From contig CACIJW010000005.1 in the NCBI GenBank assembly GCA_902587125.1, positions 8,809-72,808 of the forward strand: a DNA stretch of 64,000 bases, written 5' to 3'. Each line of letters begins with the position of its first letter. Positions within the stretch are counted from its first letter, which is position 1. This stretch comes from an uncultured Bacteroidota bacterium (GTDB lineage Bacteria; Bacteroidota; Bacteroidia; Flavobacteriales; BACL11). A program made the translations under genes and the position numbers. Positions 31,090 through 41,567 of the stretch are shown here, piece by piece. The notes beneath the pieces were generated by a model. It was given only the letters and a program-made list of their open reading frames with translations, ran no database searches and had not been told where the DNA came from.

Positions 31090-34011
31090 GTGAAGAATAT
31101 CTTTTTATTTTCCGTCATTTCATTATTTATTTTGAATCCTGTTTTTAATAAGACAAATGATTTTAATACAGATTTTAGTGAAATACAAAATGAGTGGGTT
31201 GACAGTATTTTTGATAATTTGACACTCAGAGAAAAAATTGGACAATTATTCGTAGTGGCTTCATACTCAAACAAATCAGTCAGTCATGAAGAGGAAATAA
31301 TAAGACTCATAAAAAATTTTGGTATTGGTGGAGTTATGTTTTTGCAGGGTAGTCCTAAAAAGCAAAAGAAAATGACAAGAAAGTTCCAACAATCCTCTAA
31401 AATTCCGTTGATAATAGCACAGGATGCAGAATGGGGTTTGTCAATGCGATTAGATTCTTCTTTTAAATTTCCATGGCCAATGACACTAGGAGCTTGTGAT
31501 GATAAACATTTAGCTTATAAAATGGGTTATGAAATTGCAAATCAATGTAAATCAATTGGTGTAAATATGAACTTAGCTCCAGTTGCCGATGTAAATTCTA
31601 ATCCTAAAAATCCAATTATAAATAATAGATCTTTTGGAGAAGATTCTAAATTAGTTTCAGAGCTTAGTGACTCATATATGAGAGGTTTACAAGAAAATGG
31701 AGTTCTGGCTTGTGCAAAACATTTTCCAGGACATGGAGACACTGACAAGGATTCTCACAAAACACTTCCCACAGTAGGTCATAATATCCTTAGATTAAAA
31801 AAATATGAGCTTAAACCTTTTAAAAAGTTAATTAGTTCAGGAGTATCATCTATCATGACTGCACATTTAAATGTTCCTTCTATAGATGACTCAGGAGTCC
31901 CAACCAGTTTATCAAAAAAAGCAATAAAAAAACAATTGATAAATAGGATGAATTTCAAAGGGTTAATTATTACTGATGCATTAAATATGAAAGGAGTTAG
32001 TGAATACTACGAAGTCGGTGAGCTTGAGTATAATGCTTTAGTAGCTGGAAATGATATTTTGTTAATGTCTTCTAATGTTTCAAAGGCAATTGATTTTATT
32101 CAAAATGCAATTGACAGCGGAAAGCTTTCTATTAGTGATATTAATTTAAAATGCAGAAAAGTTCTTAACGCAAAATTTTGGATTAAAAATAATTATAAAC
32201 TAATTGATGAGAGTAATGATATAGCTTTTGAGGTTTTAAATGAAAAAATACATAGAAAGTCGATAACATTATTAAAAAATAATAAAGATTTAATACCATT
32301 GAAAAGGTTAGATACTCTAAGTATAGCAAGCCTAACTATTGGAGGTGATCTTAACTATTTTAATCAAACTTTATCTAATTACTCAAGAATCAAATCATTC
32401 AAAATGAATGAAAGTGAAGATTTAAAAACTCAAGCAAAATATTTAGATAGTTTATCTAGATATAATCTGGTAATTGTTTCAATATACAAATCCGATAAAA
32501 ATCCATGGATAGACTATAAAATAAAAAAAGATTTAGACATTTTTTTACAAACACTTGGTTTGCAAAATAAGATTATAATTACAACATTCTCAAGTCCATA
32601 TACTCTAAATTCTTTACTTACGTTAGAAAATTTTGAAGCTATCGTTCTTGGATATCAAAGTAACAAGTATGCACAGAAATATGCAGCACAAAGTATATTT
32701 GGCGGAATTGAAATTAATTCAAAAGTTCCAGTTACAACAAGACATTTTAAGAAAGGTCACGGTTTAAAATCACAAAAAACAAGATTAGGTTATATTAATC
32801 ACAATGAACTTGACTTTTCTCAAAATAATCTCATTGCTATTGATAGTCTTATAGAAGAGGCCATAAAAGAAAAAGCCTTTCCGGGATGCCAAGTATTGAT
32901 TAGTAAGGACAAAAATATCTTTTTTCACAAATCATATGGATTTCACACATATAAACAAAATCATCAAGTAAAAAATAATGATGTTTATGATTTAGCATCA
33001 ATAACAAAAATAATATCAACTGTACCAATACTTATGAAAATGACAGATGAAAAACTATTCAAGCTTGATGAAAAAATTGGATATTATGATTCTACAATCT
33101 TTAAATCTTCACTTGGCAGTACAAGTAATCAGCAAATATTGGCACATCAAGCGGGCTTGGTTCCATGGATTCCTTTTTATCAAGAAACATTTTTATTTGA
33201 TTCAATTTCCAACAGGAAATTACTAAATAAATCTATATATAGTTCAGAAAAGAACTTTAATTTTGATTATCAAGTTGCGAAAAATTTATACAGTAAAAGT
33301 TCATTTCAAGACACAATAGTAAAGCGAATATTAGAATCTAAAATTGATGAGGATAAGAAATATCTTTACAGTGATCTTGGATTTTATTTGTACAAAAAAA
33401 TAATAGAAAATTCCTATCAACTAACACAAGATAAGATACTGAATAAAATTTTCTTGAAAAAATTAGGAATGGAAAATATGTGTTACAATCCATTTAAAGA
33501 GATAGATATGAAAAGAATAGTCCCAACTGAAGTTGATAATTATTACAGAAATCAACTTTTAATTGGACACGTTCATGATATGGGCGCAGCTTTGCAAGAC
33601 GGAGTTGGGGGACATGCAGGTATTTTTTCTAGTTCAAATGATTTAGCTAAGTTTATGCAATTATATCTTGACAATGGTATGTATGGAGATGAAAGATTTT
33701 TAAATGAATCAACAATAAAAAAATTTACCTCAAGACAATACGTTTTTAATGAAAATAGGAGAGGTGCAGGCTTTGACAAACCCTGTCTTGAAGACCAAGA
33801 AGTTGGAGTCGCCAGTAAAAATGTAAGTATGAAAAGCTTTGGTCATACAGGTTTTACAGGTACACTGGCATGGGCTGATCCTGAAAAAAATATTATTTTG
33901 ATTTTCCTATCAAATAGAATACATCCCAACGCCGATAACAAGAAATTAATTGAAATGAATTTAAGAACAGAATTAATGAGGCTAACTTTTGATATGTTTG
34001 ATAATGAATAA
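31090..34011 (+). CDS. GH3 beta-N-acetylglucosaminidase (NagZ-like) fused to a beta-lactamase-fold serine hydrolase
   Basis: Signal peptide; GH3 motifs QDAEWG, NLAPVADV, KHFPGHG..DSH, ITDAL; C-terminal ASITK (SxxK), YSDLG, GHTGFTG. Confidence 0.88.
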   Translation: MKNIFLFSVISLFILNPVFNKTNDFNTDFSEIQNEWVDSIFDNLTLREKIGQLFVVASYSNKSVSHEEEIIRLIKNFGIGGVMFLQGSPKKQKKMTRKFQQSSKIPLIIAQDAEWGLSMRLDSSFKFPWPMTLGACDDKHLAYKMGYEIANQCKSIGVNMNLAPVADVNSNPKNPIINNRSFGEDSKLVSELSDSYMRGLQENGVLACAKHFPGHGDTDKDSHKTLPTVGHNILRLKKYELKPFKKLISSGVSSIMTAHLNVPSIDDSGVPTSLSKKAIKKQLINRMNFKGLIITDALNMKGVSEYYEVGELEYNALVAGNDILLMSSNVSKAIDFIQNAIDSGKLSISDINLKCRKVLNAKFWIKNNYKLIDESNDIAFEVLNEKIHRKSITLLKNNKDLIPLKRLDTLSIASLTIGGDLNYFNQTLSNYSRIKSFKMNESEDLKTQAKYLDSLSRYNLVIVSIYKSDKNPWIDYKIKKDLDIFLQTLGLQNKIIITTFSSPYTLNSLLTLENFEAIVLGYQSNKYAQKYAAQSIFGGIEINSKVPVTTRHFKKGHGLKSQKTRLGYINHNELDFSQNNLIAIDSLIEEAIKEKAFPGCQVLISKDKNIFFHKSYGFHTYKQNHQVKNNDVYDLASITKIISTVPILMKMTDEKLFKLDEKIGYYDSTIFKSSLGSTSNQQILAHQAGLVPWIPFYQETFLFDSISNRKLLNKSIYSSEKNFNFDYQVAKNLYSKSSFQDTIVKRILESKIDEDKKYLYSDLGFYLYKKIIENSYQLTQDKILNKIFLKKLGMENMCYNPFKEIDMKRIVPTEVDNYYRNQLLIGHVHDMGAALQDGVGGHAGIFSSSNDLAKFMQLYLDNGMYGDERFLNESTIKKFTSRQYVFNENRRGAGFDKPCLEDQEVGVASKNVSMKSFGHTGFTGTLAWADPEKNIILIFLSNRIHPNADNKKLIEMNLRTELMRLTFDMFDNE

Positions 34012-35116
34012 TCTTAAAATTGGAATTGTTTGTTATCCAACCCAAGGAGGTAGTGGAATAGTTGCGACAGAATTAGCTCAATCACTTGCTAATTTAGGGC
34101 ATGAGATTCATATTATTTCATACAGTAGGCCGTTTCGGCTGAAATATAAAAAAAATAAAAACATTTTTTTTCATGAAGTTACAACATATAATTACCCTTT
34201 ATTTGAATATACACCTTATGAAATTAATCTTACAAGTAAAATAGTAGATGTCGCTGTAAATTATAATTTAGATTTAGTACACGTACATTATGCTATACCT
34301 CATGCATCAGCTGCACTGTCAGCAAAACAAATTTTGAGGAGTCTTTCTAAAGAATTACCAATTGTTACAACTTTACATGGTACTGATATCACACTTATTG
34401 GCAAGGATAAATCATTTAAGCCAGTGATTGAGTTCGCAATTAATAATTCAGATATTGTAACATCTGTTTCAAAAAGTTTAAAAGAAGATACATTGAAAAA
34501 TTTTAAAATAAAAAAAGAAATTAAAATTATTCCAAACTTTATCGACTCAGCTTTGTACTGTCCAACTGCTGAAAATGATAAAGCTGAAAAAATTATCACG
34601 CACGTATCAAATTTTAGAAAAGTAAAAAAAGTTGATCATGTATTAAGGGTTTTTTATAAAGTTCAAAAAAAAATCAATTGTAGTTTAAACTTAGTTGGAG
34701 ATGGACCGGAGCTAAAAAAAATAAAAGAGTTGTCAAAAAAATTAAATATTGAAAAAAGAGTACACTTTAAAAAATATTCAAGAAAGATTCACAAGGAACT
34801 TAAAAATTCAACGCTATTTTTATTGACTTCTGAGAAGGAAAGTTTTGGTTTGTCTGCATTAGAAGCAATTTCATCTGGCGTTCCAGTTATTTCTACTAAT
34901 GTTGGCGGACTTACAGAAATTGTAGTTGATGGAGTGACAGGTTTTGTGTCTAAATTAGGAGATATTAAAAAAATGTCTGATGATTGTATAAAATTACTTT
35001 TAGATAATGATTTGTATTTAAGAATTAGAAATAATTGTGTGAAACACTCTAAGAAGTATTCCACAAGTGAAGTTGTCCCCCAGTATATTAAAATCTATAA
35101 AGAATTATTAAAATGA
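34004..35116 (+). CDS. bshA: N-acetyl-alpha-D-glucosaminyl L-malate synthase (GT4)
   Basis: IGIVCYPTQGGSG..ATEL, HVHYAIPHA, TTLHGTDIT, HVSNFRKVK, SEKESFGL.ALEA; ATG 34004 preferred over 33989. Confidence 0.88.
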   Translation: MNNLKIGIVCYPTQGGSGIVATELAQSLANLGHEIHIISYSRPFRLKYKKNKNIFFHEVTTYNYPLFEYTPYEINLTSKIVDVAVNYNLDLVHVHYAIPHASAALSAKQILRSLSKELPIVTTLHGTDITLIGKDKSFKPVIEFAINNSDIVTSVSKSLKEDTLKNFKIKKEIKIIPNFIDSALYCPTAENDKAEKIITHVSNFRKVKKVDHVLRVFYKVQKKINCSLNLVGDGPELKKIKELSKKLNIEKRVHFKKYSRKIHKELKNSTLFLLTSEKESFGLSALEAISSGVPVISTNVGGLTEIVVDGVTGFVSKLGDIKKMSDDCIKLLLDNDLYLRIRNNCVKHSKKYSTSEVVPQYIKIYKELLK

Positions 35117-35700
35117 TTAAAGTAGGGATTACTGGTGGTATTGGTGTCGGAAAAACATACATATGTAATATCTTACAAAAAATGGGATATTCTATTTTTA
35201 GTTCAGATCAAGTTTCTAAAAAAATAGTTTCCGAAAATACTTATGTGCGTGACCAAATCAGAAAATTTTTTGGTGAGGATATTATTGAAAATGAAAAGAT
35301 TAGTAGAGAAAAATTAGCAATTCAAGTATTTTCTAACAAAGAAAAATTAAAAAAATTAAATGAAATAGTTCACCCATTTGTAAAAAAAGAATTTAATAAT
35401 TGGATGAGCAGCAGATATGATGAAAAAGTAGTTTTTAAAGAAGCAGCAATTTTATTTGAAGCTAATTCACATAAGAATTTAGATTATGTTGTTTGTGTTA
35501 CAGCAAAATTGCAAGACAGAGTAAGTCGTGTGATGCAAAGGGATAAAGTCGATAGTGACTCAGTTAAAAAAAGAATTTCTATGCAAATGTCTCAAATTGA
35601 GAAAGAGAAGCTATCGGACTTTGTAATATTCAACTATAAAGATGATTTGGTATTACCTCAAATTATTAAAGTACTTAAGAAAATTTTTGATTTACAATAA
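35113..35700 (+). CDS. coaE: Dephospho-CoA kinase
   Basis: VGITGGIGVGKT, LNEIVHP, EAAILFE, RVMQRD, ISMQMS. Confidence 0.95.
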   Translation: MIKVGITGGIGVGKTYICNILQKMGYSIFSSDQVSKKIVSENTYVRDQIRKFFGEDIIENEKISREKLAIQVFSNKEKLKKLNEIVHPFVKKEFNNWMSSRYDEKVVFKEAAILFEANSHKNLDYVVCVTAKLQDRVSRVMQRDKVDSDSVKKRISMQMSQIEKEKLSDFVIFNYKDDLVLPQIIKVLKKIFDLQ

Positions 35701-35811
35701 AAAAATCTTTATCAAAAACATCACGATACATAAATCTACGAATAGTAAAAAACCAAAAAGTCTTGGATTGAGATGATATAGCTCTTGTAATTTTTTCCAA
35801 ATATCATTCAT
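35692..35811 (-). CDS. Small (39 aa) single-TM protein, absent from the ORF track
   Basis: Manual translation [39 protein letters not shown]; its ATG overlaps the rlmD stop (ATGA); fills the coaE-rlmD gap. Confidence 0.5.
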   Translation of the reverse strand: MNDIWKKLQELYHLNPRLFGFLLFVDLCIVMFLIKIFLL

Positions 35812-37223
35812 ACTGTTTTCTTTTTTAAAGTTAGTGAAACAATATTTTCAACATGATGTGTCATTGGGAACATGTCAACAGGTTGAATAAATTCTATGTC
35901 ATATAATTCTTTTAAAATTGCAATATCTCTAGCTTGTGTTGCTGAGTTGCAACTTATGTAAACAATTTTTTCAGGCTTTACATTCATAATCTGAGAAATC
36001 ACTTTTTTATGCATACCTTCTCTTGGAGGGTCAGTAATAATTACATCAGGCTTACAATTTGATTTTATTAAATCCTCGTTTAAAATTACTTTCATATCTC
36101 CACAAATAAAAGTGCAATTTTTTATTTTATTTTTTTTTGAGCTTCTTTTTGCCGCATTAATGGCCTCCTCAACAGAATCTATGCCAACAATTTTTTTTGC
36201 ATTTTTTGACAAATATTGAGCTATTGTTCCAGTACCTGTGTATAAATCATATACAATATGATTATTTTTTAAATCAGCAATCTCGGAGATTTTGTCAAAT
36301 AAAATTTTTGTTTGCTTACTATTTGTTTGAAAAAAGGATTTCGGTCCAATATCAAAAGATAAAGCACCTATTTTTTCTTCAATAAATTTTTTTCCACTGA
36401 AGCAAATTACATCTTGATCATAAATTGTACTATTTGCTTTATTGTTTATTACATATAGTAATGATGTTATACTCTTGAAACTATTTTTTAAGTGATTCAT
36501 TAAAAGATTAATTTTTTTGAAATCGTTATTGAAAAATTGAACCAAAACCATTAATTCGTCGTTATATCCTGTTCTTATTAACAAACTTCTTATTAAACCC
36601 TCTTTTTCTCTTAAATCAAAAAATGATATTTCATTATTTAAGCAAAATTCTTTAATTGAATTTCTTATACTGTTAGAAGGTTCTTTTTGTAAATGACATT
36701 CTTCAATATCTATAACCTTATCGTATCTTCCCGAAATGTGAAATCCACATGCATTTCTGTTTTGTATTTTTTTACAATTTTTAATTTCTTCATCAGTTAA
36801 CCATCTTTTGTTCGAGAAAGTAAATTCCATTTTGTTTCTATAGTAGAAAGTTTCATTGCAAGCTATTATTTTGTTAATATTTTCAACCTCAACTCCACCA
36901 ATTCTTTTAAGATTATTTAGAACCTCATTTTGTTTAAAGTTTAATTGAGAGTCATATTTCATATTTTGCCATTTACAGCCACCACAAATTCCAAAATGTT
37001 TACATTTTGCCTCAATTCTATGTTCAGAGTCTTTTGTTCTTTTGGTAATTTTACCTTTCCAAAACTTCCTTCTTTTTTTTGTAACAAGAATGTCACAAAT
37101 ATCACCAGGAACTGCTTTGTCAACTAAAATAACTCTTTCATTAAACTTTGCTATGGCTTGTCCTTTATTTGCAATATCAAATATTTTAACATTATTTAGT
37201 AAAGTTCTTTTCTTTGAACTCAT
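35808..37223 (-). CDS. rlmD: 23S rRNA (uracil-1939-C5)-methyltransferase
   Basis: TRAM domain, [55 protein letters not shown]. Confidence 0.92.
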   Translation of the reverse strand: MSSKKRTLLNNVKIFDIANKGQAIAKFNERVILVDKAVPGDICDILVTKKRRKFWKGKITKRTKDSEHRIEAKCKHFGICGGCKWQNMKYDSQLNFKQNEVLNNLKRIGGVEVENINKIIACNETFYYRNKMEFTFSNKRWLTDEEIKNCKKIQNRNACGFHISGRYDKVIDIEECHLQKEPSNSIRNSIKEFCLNNEISFFDLREKEGLIRSLLIRTGYNDELMVLVQFFNNDFKKINLLMNHLKNSFKSITSLLYVINNKANSTIYDQDVICFSGKKFIEEKIGALSFDIGPKSFFQTNSKQTKILFDKISEIADLKNNHIVYDLYTGTGTIAQYLSKNAKKIVGIDSVEEAINAAKRSSKKNKIKNCTFICGDMKVILNEDLIKSNCKPDVIITDPPREGMHKKVISQIMNVKPEKIVYISCNSATQARDIAILKELYDIEFIQPVDMFPMTHHVENIVSLTLKKKTV

Positions 37224-37227
37224 TAAG

Positions 37228-37235
37228 CAAATTTA
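37228..37235 (-). promoter_or_regulatory. -7 promoter element (TAAATTTG) for rlmD
   Basis: Exact TAnnTTTG only 4 nt before the ATG. Confidence 0.55.
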
Positions 37236-37254
37236 ATTATTTGATTTCATTTTT

Positions 37255-37262
37255 TAATTTTG
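37255..37262 (+). promoter_or_regulatory. -7 promoter element (TAATTTTG) for rocD
   Basis: Exact TAnnTTTG 8 nt before ATG 37271; supports that start over 37214. Confidence 0.6.
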
Positions 37263-37270
37263 TAACTAAA

Positions 37271-38485
37271 ATGAAAGACCAAAACTATTACATAGATTTA
37301 GAGCTCGAATACGGTGCACATAACTATCACCCAATACCTGTTGTTCTTGCTAAAGGAAGTGGAATATATGTTTGGGATGTTGAGGGAAATCGTTATTACG
37401 ATTTTTTATCTGCTTATTCAGCAGTTAATCAAGGTCATTGTAATGAAAGAATTTTAGATTCGCTGACTTCTCAAGCTCATAAATTAACATTAACCTCAAG
37501 AGCTTTTCATAATAACATATTAGGTGAATATGAAAAATATATAACAAAGTTATTTGGCTATGATAAGGTATTACCAATGAATACTGGAGTTGAAGGTGGT
37601 GAGACAGCTAATAAGCTTGCAAGAAAATGGGGATATTTAAAAAAAGGCATTGAGGAGAACAAGGCTAGAATCATTTTTGCTAGAGGAAATTTTTGGGGTA
37701 GAACACTTGCAGCAATTTCAAGTTCTGATGATCCATCATCTTACAAAGGTTTTGGGCCATATATGCCCGGCTACGATTTAATTGCCTATAATGATTTAAA
37801 TGCATTAGAAAATGAACTTAAGGACCCTAACGTATGTGCTTTTATGGTAGAGCCAATACAAGGTGAGGCAGGAGTTATTGTGCCAGACCCCGGATATTTA
37901 AGTTCTGTCAGAAAAATTTGTGACAAATACAATGTTTTATTCATTGCAGATGAGGTTCAAACTGGAATTGGAAGAACTGGAAGACTTCTTGCTTGTGATC
38001 ATGAAAATGTTAAACCTGATATCCTAATATTGGGAAAGGCTTTGTCGGGAGGAGTTTATCCTGTTTCAGCTGTACTATGCAATGATGATGTAATGCTTTG
38101 TATTCAGCCAGGTGAGCATGGTTCAACTTTTGGAGGAAATCCACTTGCTTGTGCTGTTGCAAAAACTGCACTGGAAGTAGTGATTGATGAAAATTTAAGT
38201 GATAATGCAAATCTAATGGGAAATATTTTTAGAGAGGAGCTCAATAAACTAAATTCTTCAATCATCAAAGATATAAGGGGAAAAGGATTACTTAATGCCA
38301 TAGAAATAAAAAAAACCTCAAGTATCTCTGCGTGGGAGATTTGTATGCTTTTAAAAAATAAAGGATTACTCGCAAAACCAACTCATGGAAACATAATTAG
38401 GTTTGCTCCGCCACTTATCATAAATAAAAAAGAAATACTTGAATGTACTTCGATAATTACAAATGTTTTTAAATCAATTGAGTAA
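37271..38485 (+). CDS. rocD: Ornithine--oxo-acid aminotransferase
   Basis: [63 protein letters not shown]. Confidence 0.95.
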   Translation: MKDQNYYIDLELEYGAHNYHPIPVVLAKGSGIYVWDVEGNRYYDFLSAYSAVNQGHCNERILDSLTSQAHKLTLTSRAFHNNILGEYEKYITKLFGYDKVLPMNTGVEGGETANKLARKWGYLKKGIEENKARIIFARGNFWGRTLAAISSSDDPSSYKGFGPYMPGYDLIAYNDLNALENELKDPNVCAFMVEPIQGEAGVIVPDPGYLSSVRKICDKYNVLFIADEVQTGIGRTGRLLACDHENVKPDILILGKALSGGVYPVSAVLCNDDVMLCIQPGEHGSTFGGNPLACAVAKTALEVVIDENLSDNANLMGNIFREELNKLNSSIIKDIRGKGLLNAIEIKKTSSISAWEICMLLKNKGLLAKPTHGNIIRFAPPLIINKKEILECTSIITNVFKSIE

Positions 38486-38668
38486 GCCTTTTGCAAAAAG
38501 GTACGGAATGAGTATGTAGAGTATGGAATCTCTAACTAAATAATATAAAAAGACAACAACCACTACTTTCCAACCATAGATTTTAATAAACCCCTTGAAT
38601 CCTTTTTTCTTTATGACTTGTCTATACTCTTTTAACTTTTTAAAAAGACTATTAACGCCTACTTTCAT
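38474..38668 (-). CDS. Small basic membrane protein downstream of the mutase
   Basis: ATG 38668 overlaps the mutase 3' end (ORF track gives 38677); [14 protein letters not shown], then hydrophobic [23 protein letters not shown]. Confidence 0.6.
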   Translation of the reverse strand: MKVGVNSLFKKLKEYRQVIKKKGFKGFIKIYGWKVVVVVFLYYLVRDSILYILIPYLFAKGLLN

Positions 38669-41567
38669 TTGAATCAATTAATTTACTTAAAATGTTGCAT
38701 GCTGACTCTGCAATAACTGATCCTGGTCCAAAAATTAGATCAACTCCAGCATCAATAAGATTTTTGTGTTGATTTTCGGGAACTACTCCTCCTAAAACTA
38801 TTAAAATGTCCTCTCTATTATATTTTTTCAATAGCTTAATTATTTCTGGAACATTTGTAGTATGTCCCGCTGCAAGAGAAGAAATTCCAATTATATGAAC
38901 ATCATTTATTAAAGCTTGATTGACTACCTCAGTTGGTGTTTGAAATAATGCTCCAATATCAACATCAAACCCCATGTCAGAGAATGATGTTGCTACAATT
39001 TTTGCACCTCTATCGTGACCATCTTGTCCCATTTTAGCTACCAAAATTCTAGCTCGTCTTCCTTCAATTTCATAAAAATAATCTGAAAGTTTCTTAGCTT
39101 TTTTAAAATGATGATTGTCTTTTATCTCTTTCATGTAAAAACCAGAAATTAAATTATTGGTTGCTGTGTATCTTTTAAAAACTTTTTCACAAGCACCAAT
39201 TATCTCTGCAAGTGTTGCTCTTTTTTCTGCAGCTTCAACTGCCAAAGTTAATAGATTTTGCTTTTTTGATTTACATGAGCTAGTGATTTGTTTTAGAATT
39301 TTTGAAACATCACTTTCGTTTCTGATTTTTTTGTTTTTTATTAATTTCTTGGTTTGAGATTTGATAACATTTTTATTATCAATTTCTAGCAGATGAAACT
39401 TACTTTGTTTCAAGTTTTTTTCAAACTTATTTAAACCTACTATAATTTCTTTTCCAGAATCAATTTTTGCCTGCTTGATGGTTGCTACTTTTTCGATTTT
39501 AGTTTTAGGAATTCCACTTGAAATTGCATCTATCATTCCACCATTTTTTTCTATATCTTCAATAATTTCCCAAGATTTTTTGTAAATTTTATCAGTTAAG
39601 TATTCAATATAGTAGCTTCCTCCTAGAGGATCAACAACATCACACATTCCAGTATTAATTTGAAGATGTTTTTGAGTGTCTCTTGCAATTTTTGCTGAAA
39701 ATTCAGTAGGTAATGCTATAGCTTCATCAAGAGAGTTTGTATGTAAACTTTGAGTTCCTCCTAAAACAGCTCCCAAAGCTTCAATTGCTGTTCTGCAAAT
39801 ATTGTTATATGGATCTTGTTCCGTTAAACTCCAGCCACTAGTTTGGCAATGAGCTCTAAGTGACATTGATTTTGGATTTTTTGGATTGAATGATTTTACA
39901 ATTTTAGCCCATAGTAGTCTTCCAGCTCTCATTTTTGCAATTTCAGTAAAAAAGTTCATGCCTATACCCCAAAAAAATGAAATTCTTGGCGCAAAATCAT
40001 CGATTTTCAAACCTGCTTCTATGCCTGTTCTTAAATATTCTAACCCATTTAAGAGGGTATATGCCAGTTCAATTTCAGCACTAGCGCCTGCCTCTTGCAT
40101 ATGATAGCCTGATACTGATATGCAATTAAACTTTGGCATCTCTTTTGAGACATATTTGAAAATATCAGAAATTATTCTCATTGATGGTTTAGGAGGAAAA
40201 ATATATGTGTTCCTCACCATAAACTCTTTCAGTATGTCGTTTTGAATAGTTCCTTTAAGATTTTTTATATCAACTCCATTTTCTTTTGCACAAGCAATGT
40301 AAAATGCCATTATTGGAAGTACAGCACCGTTCATAGTCATGGATACTGATATATTATTTAGGTCTATCCCCTCAAAAAGTTCATTTATATCATCTATTGT
40401 GTCTATTGCAACTCCAGCCATACCAACATCTCCTTTGACTCTTTCATTATCTGAATCATATCCTCTATGTGTAGGCAAATCAAAGGCAACTGAAAGACCA
40501 GTTTGACCCTGAGAAATATTTTTTTTGTAAAAAGCGTTTGAATCTTTAGCTGTAGAAAATCCTGAATACTGCCTAATAGTCCATGGCTTGTTTGTGTACA
40601 TAGTAGCATAAGGTCCTCTCAAAAATGGAGGTTCCCCTGAAAAAAAATTAATATGTTCCAAACTTGAAATATCATTCTTTATGAAGTATTCATATATCTC
40701 AATATTTTCATCAGAAATCCAACTTTTTCTTTCAGGTATTTTAAGATTTTTTTTCTCCTTAAAATTATTATTTACTTTTTTTTCAATTAGTGAGTTCAAA
40801 TAAAAAGATCCATTTAGAGGATCTGAAACTTTTTCAATATTTGACTCGTACTTGAGAATATTATATATGTTTTTTGCCAATCGGGATCTTTCGTTCAAGC
40901 CAATGGTTTTAATCATAAAATCTGAGCAGGCTAGAACCGAAGATAGAATCTTAAAGCTAGCTATGTATAGGAAATCCTCTGTTTTCACTAGAGAATCTTC
41001 AATTGTACAAATAATTTGTACTTTTTTTGAATTTTTAAAATTTAGATATAAACTTTTTAATGTTGCAATTTGGTCAAAAAACTTGTTTTCAGATTTTACA
41101 AATAGAAATAATTTGTTCTTGTCTTTTTTCTCATTTATTAATTTTTGTAGTGCATGATTATCATAATTTTCAAAATTGATAATATTATTTTCTTCTACAA
41201 ATTCATAATTAAAATTTTTCTTACTACAAAATGATGAAATAGCTTCCCGACTATCTTCAGAAGTTTTAAAAAATAAAAAATTAGTTTTTTCACACTTTAT
41301 ATCTTTAAAAATTATTTCTGGAGCAGATACATTTTCGATCCATATATTGTTAAAGTTTAAATCAATACAATCTATAATTCTTTGATTAGTTAGTTCAGGC
41401 TTTTTATTATAAATCCATTCATAAGCTTTTGTTTCTTTTTTAAAAATCGTTTGGAAACTTTTCTTTGAATTTTCTGACGTAAAAATTATTTCATCAGAAA
41501 TTAGATTTCTTTCTTTCCATTCCTTTAGAGAATTTTTTTTAAACTCTGAAAATGTAAGATTTTTCAT
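38652..41567 (-). CDS. scpA: Methylmalonyl-CoA mutase: catalytic alpha subunit with about 270 extra N-terminal residues resembling a reduced beta subunit
   Basis: LRGPYATMY..WTIRQYSGF, GLSVAFDLPTHRGYDSD, GTIQNDILKE, HCQTSG, QSLHTN, B12 motif GQDGHDRG; N-terminal part has FSEF..SLKEW and ESNIEKVSDPLNGSFYL. Confidence 0.92.
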   Translation of the reverse strand: MKNLTFSEFKKNSLKEWKERNLISDEIIFTSENSKKSFQTIFKKETKAYEWIYNKKPELTNQRIIDCIDLNFNNIWIENVSAPEIIFKDIKCEKTNFLFFKTSEDSREAISSFCSKKNFNYEFVEENNIINFENYDNHALQKLINEKKDKNKLFLFVKSENKFFDQIATLKSLYLNFKNSKKVQIICTIEDSLVKTEDFLYIASFKILSSVLACSDFMIKTIGLNERSRLAKNIYNILKYESNIEKVSDPLNGSFYLNSLIEKKVNNNFKEKKNLKIPERKSWISDENIEIYEYFIKNDISSLEHINFFSGEPPFLRGPYATMYTNKPWTIRQYSGFSTAKDSNAFYKKNISQGQTGLSVAFDLPTHRGYDSDNERVKGDVGMAGVAIDTIDDINELFEGIDLNNISVSMTMNGAVLPIMAFYIACAKENGVDIKNLKGTIQNDILKEFMVRNTYIFPPKPSMRIISDIFKYVSKEMPKFNCISVSGYHMQEAGASAEIELAYTLLNGLEYLRTGIEAGLKIDDFAPRISFFWGIGMNFFTEIAKMRAGRLLWAKIVKSFNPKNPKSMSLRAHCQTSGWSLTEQDPYNNICRTAIEALGAVLGGTQSLHTNSLDEAIALPTEFSAKIARDTQKHLQINTGMCDVVDPLGGSYYIEYLTDKIYKKSWEIIEDIEKNGGMIDAISSGIPKTKIEKVATIKQAKIDSGKEIIVGLNKFEKNLKQSKFHLLEIDNKNVIKSQTKKLIKNKKIRNESDVSKILKQITSSCKSKKQNLLTLAVEAAEKRATLAEIIGACEKVFKRYTATNNLISGFYMKEIKDNHHFKKAKKLSDYFYEIEGRRARILVAKMGQDGHDRGAKIVATSFSDMGFDVDIGALFQTPTEVVNQALINDVHIIGISSLAAGHTTNVPEIIKLLKKYNREDILIVLGGVVPENQHKNLIDAGVDLIFGPGSVIAESACNILSKLIDSNESRR

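Noticed and set aside
40755-40765. Shine-Dalgarno-like TAAGGAG (minus strand) in the mutase linker, suggesting an internal alpha-subunit start
   Set aside because: No ATG, GTG or TTG follows at usable spacing, Bacteroidota rarely use SD, and the bases simply encode F-K-E.
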